Shown in pieces: positions 52,061-64,000 of a stretch of DNA of 64,000 nucleotides (positions are counted from its first letter, which is position 1; each line of letters opens with the position of its first letter). This DNA is from Guillardia theta CCMP2712 (lineage: Eukaryota; Protista; Cryptophyta). Location of the stretch: assembly GCF_000315625.1 (NCBI RefSeq), contig NW_005434647.1:52103-116102 (forward strand), written 5' to 3'. A model generated the notes under the pieces. That model worked only from the letters and a program-made list of their open reading frames with translations, searched no databases and was not told the origin of the DNA. Position numbers and translations under genes: made by a program.

Positions 52061-52371
52061 ATTACTTGCAAGCGGAAACGAATTTTGGCAAGGGAACGAA
52101 GTGCAGAAAAAGGGACGAGAACATCGAGGATAAGATGAAGCCAGTTCATGCTGTCTAGCCTCCTAGTAGCGATCAAAGATGACAAACCTCACAAGCAAGG
52201 GAAAGTTAGAAAGTACACAATTGGACGCGGACAGCAGAATTCAATCGAAGAATCAGAATCATAGTCATCAAAGAAAAAACAGATTGCAGAAGGCGTAGAC
52301 TGACGTACATAATTCTCCCTTACTAAGACACCTCAATGGACACTCTCTCACTCCTTGTGCCCCCCCCCAGG

Positions 52372-53148
52372 ATGAGCGCCATCTACGCGGCGGACCTCGC
52401 TCGGCAGGCAGAAAGAAAGTTGAGAGACGACAAGAAAAGCCGACTTGCCCGTAACGCGTCCCAGCCATGCCTGATGTCCCATGCCCTCGCGAAAGCAGGC
52501 AGCCCCGATAAGAAGACGCTGGACGCGGAAGACTTTCGGTTCCACGCGGTCAGGGAGGTAGCGTACAAGAAACACCAAGACAAGACGCCCAAGAAAGGAG
52601 GGATGAAGAAGGTGTTCTCGGAGATCGGGAGCTTGAGCAAGGTGCGCCATAGGCGGCGGGCAGGGACTGAGGGAGGGGGCCTGACGAGTCGGGCAGGCCT
52701 TTCAAGAGGCGCTTGCGGAGGAGGCAAGGGGAGGAGCGATGGACGACGGCGACCAGCTCTCGACCATCCTGGAGGACGTGTTCACCAACGACGAGGGTCT
52801 GGTAGCGAAGCCTTACCTCGCGGTGAGAGAGAGGGAGGCGGGTGTGCTGGTCTTGTGCGTCATGACAGGATGCGACAGTGGGCGTGCAATGAGCTGGGGG
52901 TACAGCACATGTATGCTGCCTTCGAGAAGAGAGTCGACAAGGCCAGACTGCTGGCCGGGGTGAGAGCTCGGACAGCATGCGGCGGTTGCAGGGTAGACTG
53001 ACGGCGGCATGTGCAGGAGGAGTCTGAGGAGGAGGGCGAGGAGGAGGGCGAGGAGGAGGAGCTGAGCTTGGAGGACATGATCCGAGACTCATGTAGCTCA
53101 CAAGCAGGAGACGATCTGAAGTCTGCACTTGCTGAGATGATCGCATGA
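52372..53148 (+). CDS. Hypothetical protein, copy 2 of the inverted pair
   Basis: MSAIYAADLARQAERK...; same exon structure as copy 1; TGA at 53146-53148. Confidence 0.7.
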
Positions 53149-53311
53149 GTCTCCTTGTCTGGACATTTGCGAGGTATCGGGACGACCAGCATGGGGAAGG
53201 CTGGGAGATCACAAGGAGAGAGGGTGTGCTATTCTCTCTTGTAGATATCTATGATTATGTGTTTTTATTTCTTAGTTTGTTGGTGAATTTTGGGTCAGTT
53301 GGTTGTTGTGT

Positions 53312-54085
53312 CTATGAGTTCTTCAACAGGTAGGACGTTTCCTTTTGATAGCATCCTCTCGTCTTGGTATTCTGGTTGATCACGTTACCTTCGGGTTGCA
53401 ATGTGGCAAGAGCATCTGCTCTTACTGTTCCTCTATCGTGATCAAATAGCTCGGCCTCGTTCGGGTTCACGCTTCTTGACGAAGTGAAATCACACTCCAT
53501 GATCGACGATGAGCCACTTGGCGTCTCCGCGCAACTGTCATTCGAGGTGACGCTGAAACATCAGGTAATACACATGGTACAGTACTCTCGGACTTGACTC
53601 CGGCATCAGCTTTAGGGGCCTGAATATCGATGACACCGCGATATCGGAGATCGGATGTTATCGAATTTCTTATTAGTAAAACCTACTCATAGCGTATCCA
53701 AGCCCGGAACCATATTTGCAGCAGATGTGTTTTAATCCAACATGAAGTTGGTGCTCGTATTGATCCTCAATGTGACTCGAATCTTGTGAGTATGAACGTC
53801 ATCGGATGCATACGATGTCAACGAGATCTCTGAATTCTTTACAGCCTGTCGCAGTTTTCGAGTTTCTCGCTGGAAGAAAATGAGTTCACTTCCTTAGTTC
53901 ACTTCCTTGGATGAAATCACCACTCAAACGTTCGACGAAATTGTTTTTGATGATGGTGCCGTGCAATAATGTGTCAGGCATTGAAGACACGAGGATGCAG
54001 TTCATATGTGATTCATCAGTCGATGCTATTCTGTGCCGATTGTCGATCCTCGAGAGAAGAGCCACGACCGTCCTGTTGCATGTCC
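53312..54085 (-). pseudogene. Possible degraded gene of unknown function
   Basis: Coding-like frame RIDNRHRIASTDESHMNCIL...FIQGSEL is broken by a 13-nt tandem duplication (53883-53908); removing it continues IFFQRETRKLRQAVKNSE. No recognisable domain. Confidence 0.3.
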
Positions 54086-54243
54086 ATCAAGTCCCACCCG
54101 AGCCCTTCCTTCCCATGATTACCGGCACTGGCATTTCCTCCGCTCAGCAGGGCATTCAACTACTCATCAATTGTTGACGTGCTGCGTTCTCTTGACAGTC
54201 TCTCGGCCCCAAAAGGATTCTCATGTGATTTTGACATCATTCG

Positions 54244-54682
54244 GTCAGCTCAAGTCTCCTTTGCCAGGATCTCCGTCAGCTCAAAACATGTCTACGAGCA
54301 TCTTCCGTCAGCTCAAAACATGTCTACAAGCATCTTCCGTCAGCTCAAAACATGTCTACAAGCATCTTCCGTCAGCTCAAAACATGTCTAAAAGCATCTT
54401 CCGTCAGCTCAAAACATGTCTAAAAGCATCTTCCGTCAGCTCAAAACATGTCTAAAAGCATCTTCCGTCAGCTCAAAACATGTCTAAAAGCATCTTCCGT
54501 CAGCTCAAAACATGTCTAAAAGCATCTTCCGTCAGCTCAAAACATGTCTAAAAGCATCTTCCGTCAGCTCAAAACATGTCTAAAAGCATCTTCCGTCAGC
54601 TCAAAACATGTTTAAAAGCATCTTCCGTCAGCTCAAAACATGTCTAAAAGCATCTTCCGTCAGCTCAAGTCTCCCCTGCCAT
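54244..54682 (+). repeat. 32-bp minisatellite (CATCTTCCGTCAGCTCAAAACATGTCTAAAAG), about 12.5 copies, with related flanking direct repeats
   Basis: Period 32 (unit starts 54299, 54331, 54363...); no spacers. Confidence 0.97.
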
Positions 54683-55724
54683 CGCGGCTCGTCTAGTGCG
54701 ATACCGCGACAAGCTCCTCCCGCTTTCGGCATAGCTACTGTGAATTATCATGAGGCGGACCCGATGATATTATTAACTTACTTTTTGTTTTTTTTGGAGC
54801 GTTACGGATCAACATCCCTCCACTACAGGGCCAACAATAAAACTTATACATTTCGTGCATAATTCATTAAATAATGTTCTAAAATTTCAAAGACAAAGAT
54901 GTTAAAGTTCAATATTGAATCGAAACTCCGATCCATTCATGGGGGGTCATCAGTAGGAATGGAGGTCAAGTCATTATTTTACTCATCTCCAGGGGTTTGT
55001 CAGAGGGGTGGTTTGTACCAAGATAATCTCCAGTACAAACTGCACTCTCATACTAAAAGACTACTGATATGACTTTTAGTCTAGAATAATTGGTACAATA
55101 TAGAGAAGTCAGTACAACTCATTGGTACTGATTTGCGGTCGACCAAGACGATATTGGTACTCGATGGACCGTACCATGTTTAATTATATTTTTAACTTTC
55201 TCCCGCCCTGTCGAGCCGCAGCGCCTCGTCTCGTCGCCTCCCCGTCCTACCAACTGCTCCCGCCTCCCCCTCCCTCCCTCCCCCCCCCCTCCTGCTCCTT
55301 CCCCCCCCTCCCCCCTCCTCCTCTCCTTCTCCTCCCTCTCTTGTCCCTTTTCTCTCCTTCTCATTATCAACCTGCATTGACTCCTTTTGAACCCTGATCT
55401 TTCCACCTCTCCTCTCGCCTTCCCTTCTCTTCTTGGGCCTGCCTTGGCTGCTCCCTGTTCTCTCTTGCCTTCCATCTTATTGTCTCTCTCGGTCACCTAG
55501 CAGCTAGTGCCTTGCTATACTTACCGCGAAGTTGCGTCTGTCGTGTTCACTTCACTACGGTGCTGCCATCCTCCTTCCACCTTCATCGACCCTCCCCTTC
55601 TGCCCGCCCCTCTGCTCCTAGTCTGATTTTGCTGGAACATCAAATGATGTATCCTCAGACATCCAACTAGTCAGATTCATCAGACTTTGCCATCAACTTT
55701 GTACCGCTTCGCACTGGAGGAAGC

Positions 55725-58700
55725 ATGCCTGCTGCATACCAGTTCCCTCCGCACCCGTTGTGCCCATACTTAGGCCACCATCAGCCCAAAAGAGGGCGCA
55801 TGCGATATGAGGAAGAAAGCAGGGAAGGGAAGTCCACGTCAGAACCTGTCTTGGATCATGGCAGAGCCTGCAAGGGCGAGAGCTTTGATCGCAATGGAGA
55901 CTCGCACAAGAAGAGCCGATCTGGTCGAGGGTCAACCGACACCAGCGACCTGGAGTTAACTCCGAGGACGCAAGGGAACCATCAAGGTAGACAAACTCCC
56001 TAAGTGACCTCTCTCTGCTCCCTCGTTACATCCCTCCTCTCCCGTCCCTTCCCTCGTTACCTCCCTCTCCCCTCCCTGGTTCCCTCCTCCCCTTTGCCTA
56101 AACCATCTTCTCCATGCTGTTCCGCTCTTCGTGTGCATGAGTGTTAATTTTCTACCTTGTGCACGCCTGATAGCACTGTCAGGTACAGGGCAGGTTGCAG
56201 CAAGTGAGCCCCACAGGCCGATCTCCACGCCCATGGATGGGTCGAACTTCAAGAGAATGAAGTTTGGCAAGGCAGTTCCCAAATGCATCTTTGAGACCCC
56301 GCAAGGAAAGAAATTCCTGAACATGAGCTCCACCGAGAGCGATCCGCGATCCTCGAACCTCAGCGACGATGCGAGTATCAGCAGCAAGATGCCTGTGGCC
56401 CTTGGCGGAGGGTCGATACATGCCCTCGGTCTTGACTACATCAAGAGCAAGTACGATTTCTCAACAGTCCCGCAATTCGAGGGATTGTCTTCAGATTTAC
56501 ACGTAAGTGCTGACACAAAACTCTCCTCATTGTTGACTCATTCACCAACAGTCAAGTTTTGTACTTCCATCTTTGTCAAGGAACATTTTGCGTCATTTAA
56601 AGGAAGAAATCTATGATTTCTTGCTTGAAGCCAACAAGCGTTTGCATTCAAGTGATGAAATCATTTATCAGTTTGCGTTCTGACTGATGTCATCAGGCAA
56701 GCTTGAGGGAGAAACTGTCCAAACGGATTCGAGGGATAGTCATTATGACCAGCAACTTGTTGAGCAATGCCTGAGGAATCACAAAATTAGTGGGCATATG
56801 ATTCGCACGAATGATGAGCGCCAGCGGCTACAAGGCCTCCTTCTGTTCATCAAGGACTCGAGCACAAATTTCAGCCAAGAAGATATGGAGCAACTCAGCA
56901 AGTATTTGACATCGCGTCATGAACCTGACAACACGAATGAATCTGTCAGGGCAGAGGTAGTGCAGGACATTTCATCGGGAAAGATTGCAGAAGTAATTTT
57001 GATTAGTGGATTTGGTTGCTGCGACCTCCTCCTCCAGATGTTTCTTGAGGAGCTTCAGAGTCGAAAGGAGTGCAAGCTAGTCGTAGTGAGAGCCCTGGAT
57101 TGTGTGAAATCCTTGTTTGACATGGCTGGTTTTGAAACGGTTGCAAGGAGATCTTGTCACAGCGATGTGCATGCTGAAGGAGAGCCTCGCTCTGACTTGT
57201 TTCGAAGTGACTACAGCTTTATGGTGCTTGATGTCAAGAGTAGGAAAGTGGTCTCAAAATATCTGGACGTTGAAGGAGGAATCTACACGAATTTAGGCAA
57301 GCGAGTGCCAGTTTTTGTCAGAGATTTGGACCTGGGTGATTGTTCAGGAGGAGACGCGCTCACGGCTTTAAAGCCGGGGGTTTATGGGCCTCATGCCAGC
57401 GTAAAGGAGGTCGCTGGTATCTGCGAGCATCTGGATCTTCTTGATTCCCGAGCATCTTGTGACTCGTCTGAATCCGGGGAGCAACTTCTGAACGAGGCGG
57501 AAGACACGCCTGAATTACCCAAGAGAAGACTTGATTTCATCTCATCTCATGATTCTCCCATGCAGAAACAGAATGCAGCGGTAAAGTCGCTGAAACGAGC
57601 ACGTCCGACCAAGAGCATCGCGAATCCAAAGCAAGCTGGCTTGCCAATCATCTCCAGCCCAAGGATGTTGAGGCAGTCCAAGTTGAAATTCTTGCTTCAG
57701 AGTGCGTCGGGCAGCCCACGAAAATTCAGCAAGGCCCGCGATTTGTCCGCGGAACCTCAGGCTGTCAAAGAGAAGGTCAAGTCGTCTCGCTTGCTGTACC
57801 AGAAGTTCTTCAAGGACAAGTCTCGTTCTGTGTTGGCGTCCAGTGGTCTTTCCAAGGTCGACCCATCTAAGGTTGCAGCCATGGACCCGCTCAAGCGAGA
57901 GACTGTGCGAATGATCTGCTACGACCTTGGGGTCCCCATCAATCGAAAAGTACCTCTCCTGAAGATGCAGGTGCAGAAGACCAGGTCACAGCTCTTGCTC
58001 AGCTTGATGCGCTTGCATGAGGAGGATGTGTTCGCTTGGATATACTCAAACCTGCTCACGCCAGAAACACTCGAGGCGATATCCGTCGACTACGGTACAA
58101 ACATGTCGGGAGATGACGCGAGAGCGAAGCTGTATCACATGATGAAGAACGCCAATCGACCCAAACCAGAGCACGCGACCAAGAAAGGTGGTGAGGCTCA
58201 GGTCGAACAGCCAGACAAGGGCTCGTCTAAGAGCATGAGACGAGAAGGGCAGGTGGATGCCAAGACGGATGAAGCCGCTCAACTGAAGCCCGTCCCTTGG
58301 CAAATGATCTTCTGCCGTATATGCGGTACGGGGGATCGAGATGACCAGCTGGTGCTGTGCGATCGTTGCAACGACGGTTACCACATGGACTGTCTGCATC
58401 CAAAGCTCAAGAGTCTCCCTGAGGGCGAGTGGCTCTGCCCTGAGTGCCTCAAGGAGCAGAAGAAGAACAAGAGCCACCTCACGGGAGGGGCGGCCAGAGC
58501 TCCTAAGGATTTCTTCCTCGTCCGAAGTCTGTGCAAGCAGACCATCAGGCTGATCTGTCATGACCTCGGACTGGACGACAAGGGATCCAAAGCTGAGATT
58601 CGTGATCGCATCGCAGCTGCTCTGCCCGACCAAGCGGTTCCTACCCTACCCAGTCTCAAGTTGTCAGCACTAGAAGCGATCTGCGTGGACCTGGGCCTGC

Positions 58701-59683
58701 CAAAGAAAGGCACGAAAGACGAGATCAGAACCCGGATTGAACACAACTTTTTCCATCGCGGAAATAACGTAGAGGAACGTTCCCAAGTCAAGTCTGACGA
58801 AGCACTGGAAGACAGTGGTGAGCAGGAGAGGCCCACCGATGACCCGCATGAAAGGAAGATGCTCAAGCTCAGCAAGGCGACTCTGCGAACAATCTGCCTG
58901 AACCTGGGGTTAGACCACACTGGCAAGAAAGCTCTGCTGGTCAGGAGGATCATGGAAGTCGGGCAGGCGCTGCAGTGGATTTCCTTGGCTTCCATCAAGT
59001 TGACCACCATGGAGCAGATTGCCGAGGACCTGGAGGTTTGCAAGAAGGGAACGAAAGAGGAGCTCAGATCTCGAATCCTGCAGCATTGGAGCAGAAGCAG
59101 CAAAGCAGGGGCTCCTGACGCTGACCCTCTCCCTGACCTCTCGCACAAGGTCAAGGGAAAAGCAAGCGCAGCGGAGCACGCCTCAGAAGACTCGACCGCC
59201 TGCCAGAGCCAGAGCAGCAGCAAATCTCAATCCGACCCAGTGGAGAAGGAGGGAGAGGACGGGAAGAGGCTGGTGTCTGTCTTCGAGGAGCTCCCCGTCC
59301 CCTCTGAGAACTTCTCCCTTGAGCCGCACCTGCTGCTGCAGGCCGTGCGCTCGATGGAGGTCGAGGGAGTGAACCCGGCGGAGGTGGCAGATCCGTGGGA
59401 GTACGTGACGTGCAAGAAGTGCGGGCTGAGCGAGGGCGACGAGCGAATGATCTTGTGCGACGGCTGCGACGATGCGTACCACGTCGAGTGCACGTGGCCG
59501 AGGCTCTCGCAGGTGCCGGAAGGTGAGTGGTTCTGCAAGGTATGCAGGAAGACGCGGGATAGCGCGGCCGTGCAAGCCAAAGAGGTGCAGGAAGAGGGAG
59601 AGGGGGAAGGGAGCGAGCGGTCCAAGGTGTCGGGAAGGATCAGGATGAAGACGCAGCCGTTCAAGGTGTCTAGGGGCAAGTAG
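55725..59683 (+). CDS. Chromatin-type protein with two PHD fingers and multiple SAP-like motifs
   Basis: PHD1 CRICGTGDRDDQLVLCDRCNDGYHMDCLHPKLKSLPEGEWLCPEC; PHD2 CKKCGLSEGDERMILCDGCDDAYHVECTWPRLSQVPEGEWFCKVC; SAP-like LSALEAICVDLGLPKKGTKDEIRTRI and others. Terminal exon is 998 aa; 5' exons approximate. Confidence 0.88.
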
Positions 59684-59739
59684 TCTAATAAACCAGTAAG
59701 ATACAGCTATCTTCGAGGGCGCCTGTGTTGGGATGTAGC

Positions 59740-61437
59740 TCAGGTGCGAGCTGGGAGCTTCCAGTTCTTAATGAAGGAAAGGTCGTTGTCGTGGATAAAC
59801 TCTCGATGGCAGGACCAGGTCACGTGAATCGCCTCCTTGGTTCCGATGCCTGCGGCTCTGAAGCGGATGTCACATCCGCCCTCCCCTCCTCCGCCCTCCT
59901 CCTCCTCCTCACCTCGGGTCCCCGGCAGGACCGAACCAATGGTTCTGCGGTGCTCCTGTTGTCCTGGCGCGCATACCGACATAGGTGGTCCCGTTCACGC
60001 TGGGTAGCGAGCAGATCAGACCTGAGATGGGAGAGAAAGGAGAAAAGAGCGAGGGAGGGCGGGATGAGAACAGAAGAGGGGAGGAGACTGGAGGGGAGGA
60101 GACTAGAGGAAAGAGGGGGGAGGGGAGAGGAACCTTCTTCCTTGAAAGAGACGCTGGAACGAGACGTCGTTGGAGACGATGGCGGCTGTAAGGTGATTCT
60201 GAACGAACTCGAGGACGTCGAGGACGGCCGGGATGTCCGAGTCGTCGAACTCAGTCACGACCTGGAAAGGGGCGAAGACCTCGGTGGTAGCGAGCTGAAG
60301 GTTCTCCTTGCTCGCAGTTAGGGAGGATAGCGGTACCATGACGGCCGTTGGCTTCATCGCCCCGTACTGCCTGGGGATGTTGTGCTTGCCTTCGTTGATC
60401 TCTACCCCCCCGAAGAGGACGCGGGCCCCGGGGATCTTCTTGAGGGCCTCGACGTGGTTCGTGAACGTCTGAGTGGTGACGCTGCGGGCAAGAATCTCAA
60501 GGAGGAGGAGGAGGAGGATGGAGCTGTTACCTGAGGGTTGGCCCCACTGTCAAGTCATCAAGGCGCCTCTGGGACGCGAGCTGCTGCAGCTTGTCGAGCA
60601 GGTTGGTTTTGCTCCAGTTCTTGTGCACCTGAAGGCAGGAGGGTGAGTAAGGTGAGGAGGACGAAGGAGGGGCAAGGGTGGGGCGTACAAAGAGGATCGA
60701 CTGTGCCGAGCACTTCTGACCCGACGAAGCGTACGCGTCCTGATCGCAAACATGCGCGACGTAGTCGATGACGGCAGGGTCTGACGGCACGTCGGGCCCT
60801 AGTACCTTCCATCCAAACCCTGCGGACTCGACCTGCCATCAGTCAGAGGGCGAGAGGAGCAGAAGCTGTCGTGCCACCTTCACCCGTCCCTCCAGCCTCT
60901 CCGCAAGGATGTTGGCGACCTTGGAGCTCCCCGTGAAGAGTGTTGTCCTGCTCTCAACGTCACTCCTCCTCCTCCTCTCCTCATCTTCAGGCCCCCACCC
61001 CTCCCGTTCACTCCCTCGCACCTCGGCCTCGCCTTCTCCAGTAGCGTCTGCATCATCGGGCCATGGCAGTTAATGAAGTCCAGGTCGCCCATCGGCATGC
61101 CGCACGAGTGGAGCAGCCGTATGAACTGGTCCATGACTATGGACACCTTGCTGTCGACCTTGAGCAGCGGCCTGTTCCCCATGTACAGCGCCCCCATGGT
61201 CTGCCAACGAGCCGTCAGCTGCTCCTACTGCAGGGCGAACGAGCGCACCTGAAGCACAGGGATCTCCAGAGGGAAGTTGAAGGGAGTGATCAGAGCGACT
61301 GGCCCGTACGGCCAGCGATATCCCTGCGACTGCTGGCCAGTGTGGTCTCCAGGGACTGAGAACGATCTTGCTAGGAAGCGAACCTGCACGAGTCGTCACC
61401 GTTGTCGTCGCCTTCCCCTCCGTCATGATATCACGAT

Positions 61438-61473
<36 letters not shown>

Positions 61474-62315
61474 AATCCACCCGACCATCATTATCATCAT
61501 CATCATCATCACAACCACCGCCAAGGTTGAACAAGCTTACCTGATCTCCTGAGAAGTTCTCCAAGAATTTTCTTGTCACCACCACTTCCCCCCGCGCTTG
61601 CGCGTAGCTCTTGGGAGAGACCCTCTGAATCAGGCGAGCAAAGAAGCGCTCTACTTCCGGATCCCTGAGCATCTGCACGCCAACTACGTCAGGAGGAACC
61701 CTCGCTCGCCTGCTCCCTTACGTTGGCTGCCTTCAACGAGATCTCCCCGTACAGGAGGTACCGGTCGACGTTGAGCAGCGGGTTGTGCATCCCGTACTTG
61801 GGGCAGGAGTTGAGGCTGCGAACGAAGGCGTTGAGGCTGTTCTGCTGGATCTCAGAGACCTCGATGAAGGGCTGCAGGAGCGTCAGCAGGAGCGCGAGAC
61901 CGGATCCTCCTGTCGGGCTTACCCTGCCGTCGATGGGGTCGGGGATCACCTCGTAAGCTCCGTCTGTTCCCTGGATCCACTCCCCTTGAATGATGTTATG
62001 CACTTTGGCAGGAGCGCCCGACCCTAGGGAGTCAGGATCGCATGTGGCTGAGGGAGGCAGTCAGTCATAGCGTCCGCCACCACCATCATCAATGTCATCA
62101 TCATCATCAGCAGCAGCAGAAGCGGCAGCATCACCGAAGTCTAGCTTCTTGGAGTGATAAGTTGGCTGCCATGAAGCAACGTGAGAGTCTGCGTTTGTTT
62201 TCTTCTTCGCATGTCCACCGGACGATTGCGACGACATGCCCTTGCATGCTGGCAACCCCCAGGCCTTGTTTGCCAGCAGGGGTCTTGTGATCTTTGAAGC
62301 TTTGAACGACCTCAT
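59740..62315 (-). CDS. ALDH12A1: Delta-1-pyrroline-5-carboxylate dehydrogenase, plant-type ALDH12, with mitochondrial-like presequence
   Basis: FFARLIQRVSPKSYAQARGEVVVTRKFLENFSGDQV; GYRWPYGPVALITPFNFPLEIP; GALYMGNRPLLKVDSKV; TLFTGSSKVA; DAYASSGQKCSAQSILF; TEVFAPFQV; GIGTKEAIHVTWSCHRE. Confidence 0.95.
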
Positions 62316-62814
62316 AGCGCGGAACGAGAAAAAGAAGAGTCTGAACGCACACAACATGAGTGTAATGCCGTCAGTTTTCTCTTGGTGCGCACTCTCAACA
62401 TCTGGTTTGCTGTCATATGCTAAATCAACTTTTTGTAGCTTCTGAAATTCACTCGAAGATGCGTTGAGAGGCTACCGGATCACAACAAATGCTCTCTTGA
62501 TCATTAGCAAGACTGCTCGAAATCAGATAAACCAGGCCTATCATTACGCGACTACCACTCGCATAGAATTCCTCTGCCTGATGAATTCTTGTTCGGTGTC
62601 GAACTTCTAGAAAGCTAAGAGGTCATTGCAACACTTGAATCCTTCTCCAATTCTTTTCAATTTTTCTTTCTATACTTGTCTTCGTTCTTGAATCATGTTA
62701 TCGTTTCCTTAGCTCACTGCTACGTCGATATCCTCATTGTCGCTTCGTCTCCCTACAATCTTCCTCCCCTCTCCCTTCTCCGGATTGCATCAACACAAAC
62801 TTTCAATATTTACT

Positions 62815-63810
62815 ACCCTACCCCCATCGACCCACCCTCACACCGGATTTGCAGGGGGTGAACGCTTGAAACAGAGGGCGGAGAGCCCGTCCAGGGGGTA
62901 GCCAATCTTGATAGGGTACTGAGATTGCAAGGGTAGTTTAATCTGGACCATGAGTCAAACAGTGGGGTACTTAACTATCATTTAGGGGGTACGAGTGTGA
63001 TGATGGGCAAAAGAGGGGGTACTTGACTCCGGGTACAATTTGGTGGAGGTAGGTAGGTAAGTGGGTGGGTGGGTGGGTGGGTGGGTGGGTGGGTGGGTAG
63101 TAAAACAATGCACAACTCATCTCATGAATACGCCTCAACAACCTACCCCACCCCCTTACGAGCTTACCCCTTTAAATCTTATACCCACCCCTTTGACTAA
63201 CTTTGCTATGAAAACCTTCACGATTGATCAAGATGGGGTGGGGTGTGTTCAACCACGTTGAAGTGGGGTTTGTAATCCCTTAGGGTGGGTTACCAAAAAG
63301 GGGTGGGGGTGGTCCTCCATCGATTCCCAAAGGACCGAAGTTTGCTGGGGTTTGTTAGTGTTGCAGCCTCTTACCAGGGTGGGTAGTGCGATCCCCCGGG
63401 GGCCGGGGTACCAGGAAACCCGGAGGCCGAGGGGTGGCAACACATGGGATCACATGGGGTGGGTACATGAATTCAGAGTTGGAGTCGAGATAAAGGGTGG
63501 GTGGTGCACTTAAAGATGGTGGGTCCATGACCCCCCAGGTCACAGCAGGAAATCCCTCAGCTGACTAGGCTAGTGGGGTGGGTGAACCTTTTACACCGCT
63601 AGACCCGGGTAAAGTCCCGGTACATCCGCCGTCAAATAGGGGTGGGGGTATACACCCGTACCCACCAGGAACCTCATCGTGACCTTTCCCCCTGTAACCT
63701 GCAACGGACTGACCACTCTGGTCAAATCTCGTGGTCAAACCAGTCAAACCCTCACCCGGTACGTCACTCGGTGACTCAGTGTCGGGCCCGGTGGCGGCCC
63801 GGCTGGTGGA
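62815..63810. promoter_or_regulatory. Long GGGGT/ACCCC tract ending in a short GC block, upstream of ALDH12
   Basis: Composition; an AT-rich segment follows to the window end. Confidence 0.4.
63063..63098 (+). repeat. (GGGT)9, potential G-quadruplex
   Basis: Visible perfect array. Confidence 0.9.
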
Positions 63811-64000
63811 CTTATTAGTTTTATGTTGGTACATGATTTTAACTTAATCTTGAGTAAACAATGAATAGATGATTGAAACATGGTACAAAAATTGAACCCA
63901 TTGGAGAATATTTTTAGAAATATTTGTTGGAAAGCGGTTTATTACATATTCGTATCAGTACCAACTTATATAATAAAGTATAATATAAATATTAATGGTA

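Larger units (their letters stand above)
49662..53150. repeat. Large inverted repeat: arms 49662-50416 and 52393-53150, spacer about 2 kb
   Basis: Arms are near-identical reverse complements, with a few substitutions and a 3-nt intronic indel. Confidence 0.95.

Noticed and set aside
49662-53150. Large inverted repeat as transposon TIRs
   Set aside because: The arms are themselves intron-containing genes; no transposase in the spacer and no target-site duplication seen.
54270-54670. 32-bp repeat array as a CRISPR
   Set aside because: Units are head-to-tail with no unique spacers, no cas genes are present and the context is eukaryotic.
59740-62315. ALDH12/P5CDH as part of a nitrogen gene cluster with the AMTs
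   Set aside because: About 17 kb away with unrelated genes between; no evidence beyond a thematic link.

Overview
Gene-dense, intron-rich eukaryotic nuclear DNA. Short (~45-60 nt) GT-AG introns, microsatellite-filled introns and gene content suggest a cryptophyte such as Guillardia or Hanusia; this is inference, not proven. Most short ORFs in the track are exon fragments or noise, so I spliced the genes by hand. In order: 3' part of an unknown gene; histone-fold POLE3/DPB4-like (-); SEC13 (+); USP4/11/15-type deubiquitinase (-); COX14-like (-); long coiled-coil protein (+); stand-alone CAP C-terminal beta-helix protein (-); canonical ammonium transporter AMT-A (+); DCP1 (-); WASH1 (+, 5' end at an N gap); LSD1/KDM1-like amine oxidase fused to an extended PHD (+); two degenerate head-to-head AMT paralogues (AMT-B -, AMT-C +); CaMK-type kinase fused to a cyclic-nucleotide-binding domain (-); an inverted, near-identical pair of an unknown gene; a 32-bp minisatellite; a 2xPHD + multi-SAP protein (+); ALDH12/P5CDH (-). 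Best candidates for new biology: (1) an AMT trio with graded loss of the twin-His pore (H/H, H/Y, Y/F) and long tails, i.e. possible sensors, next to (2) a CaMK whose calmodulin-regulatory segment is replaced by a CNB domain; (3) a recurring 5'-intergenic architecture (ACCCC/GGGGT tract plus GC-rich palindromic-word block) never seen between convergent genes; (4) an inverted gene duplication whose identity stops almost exactly at the CDS limits. Exon boundaries are manual and some gene ends are approximate.
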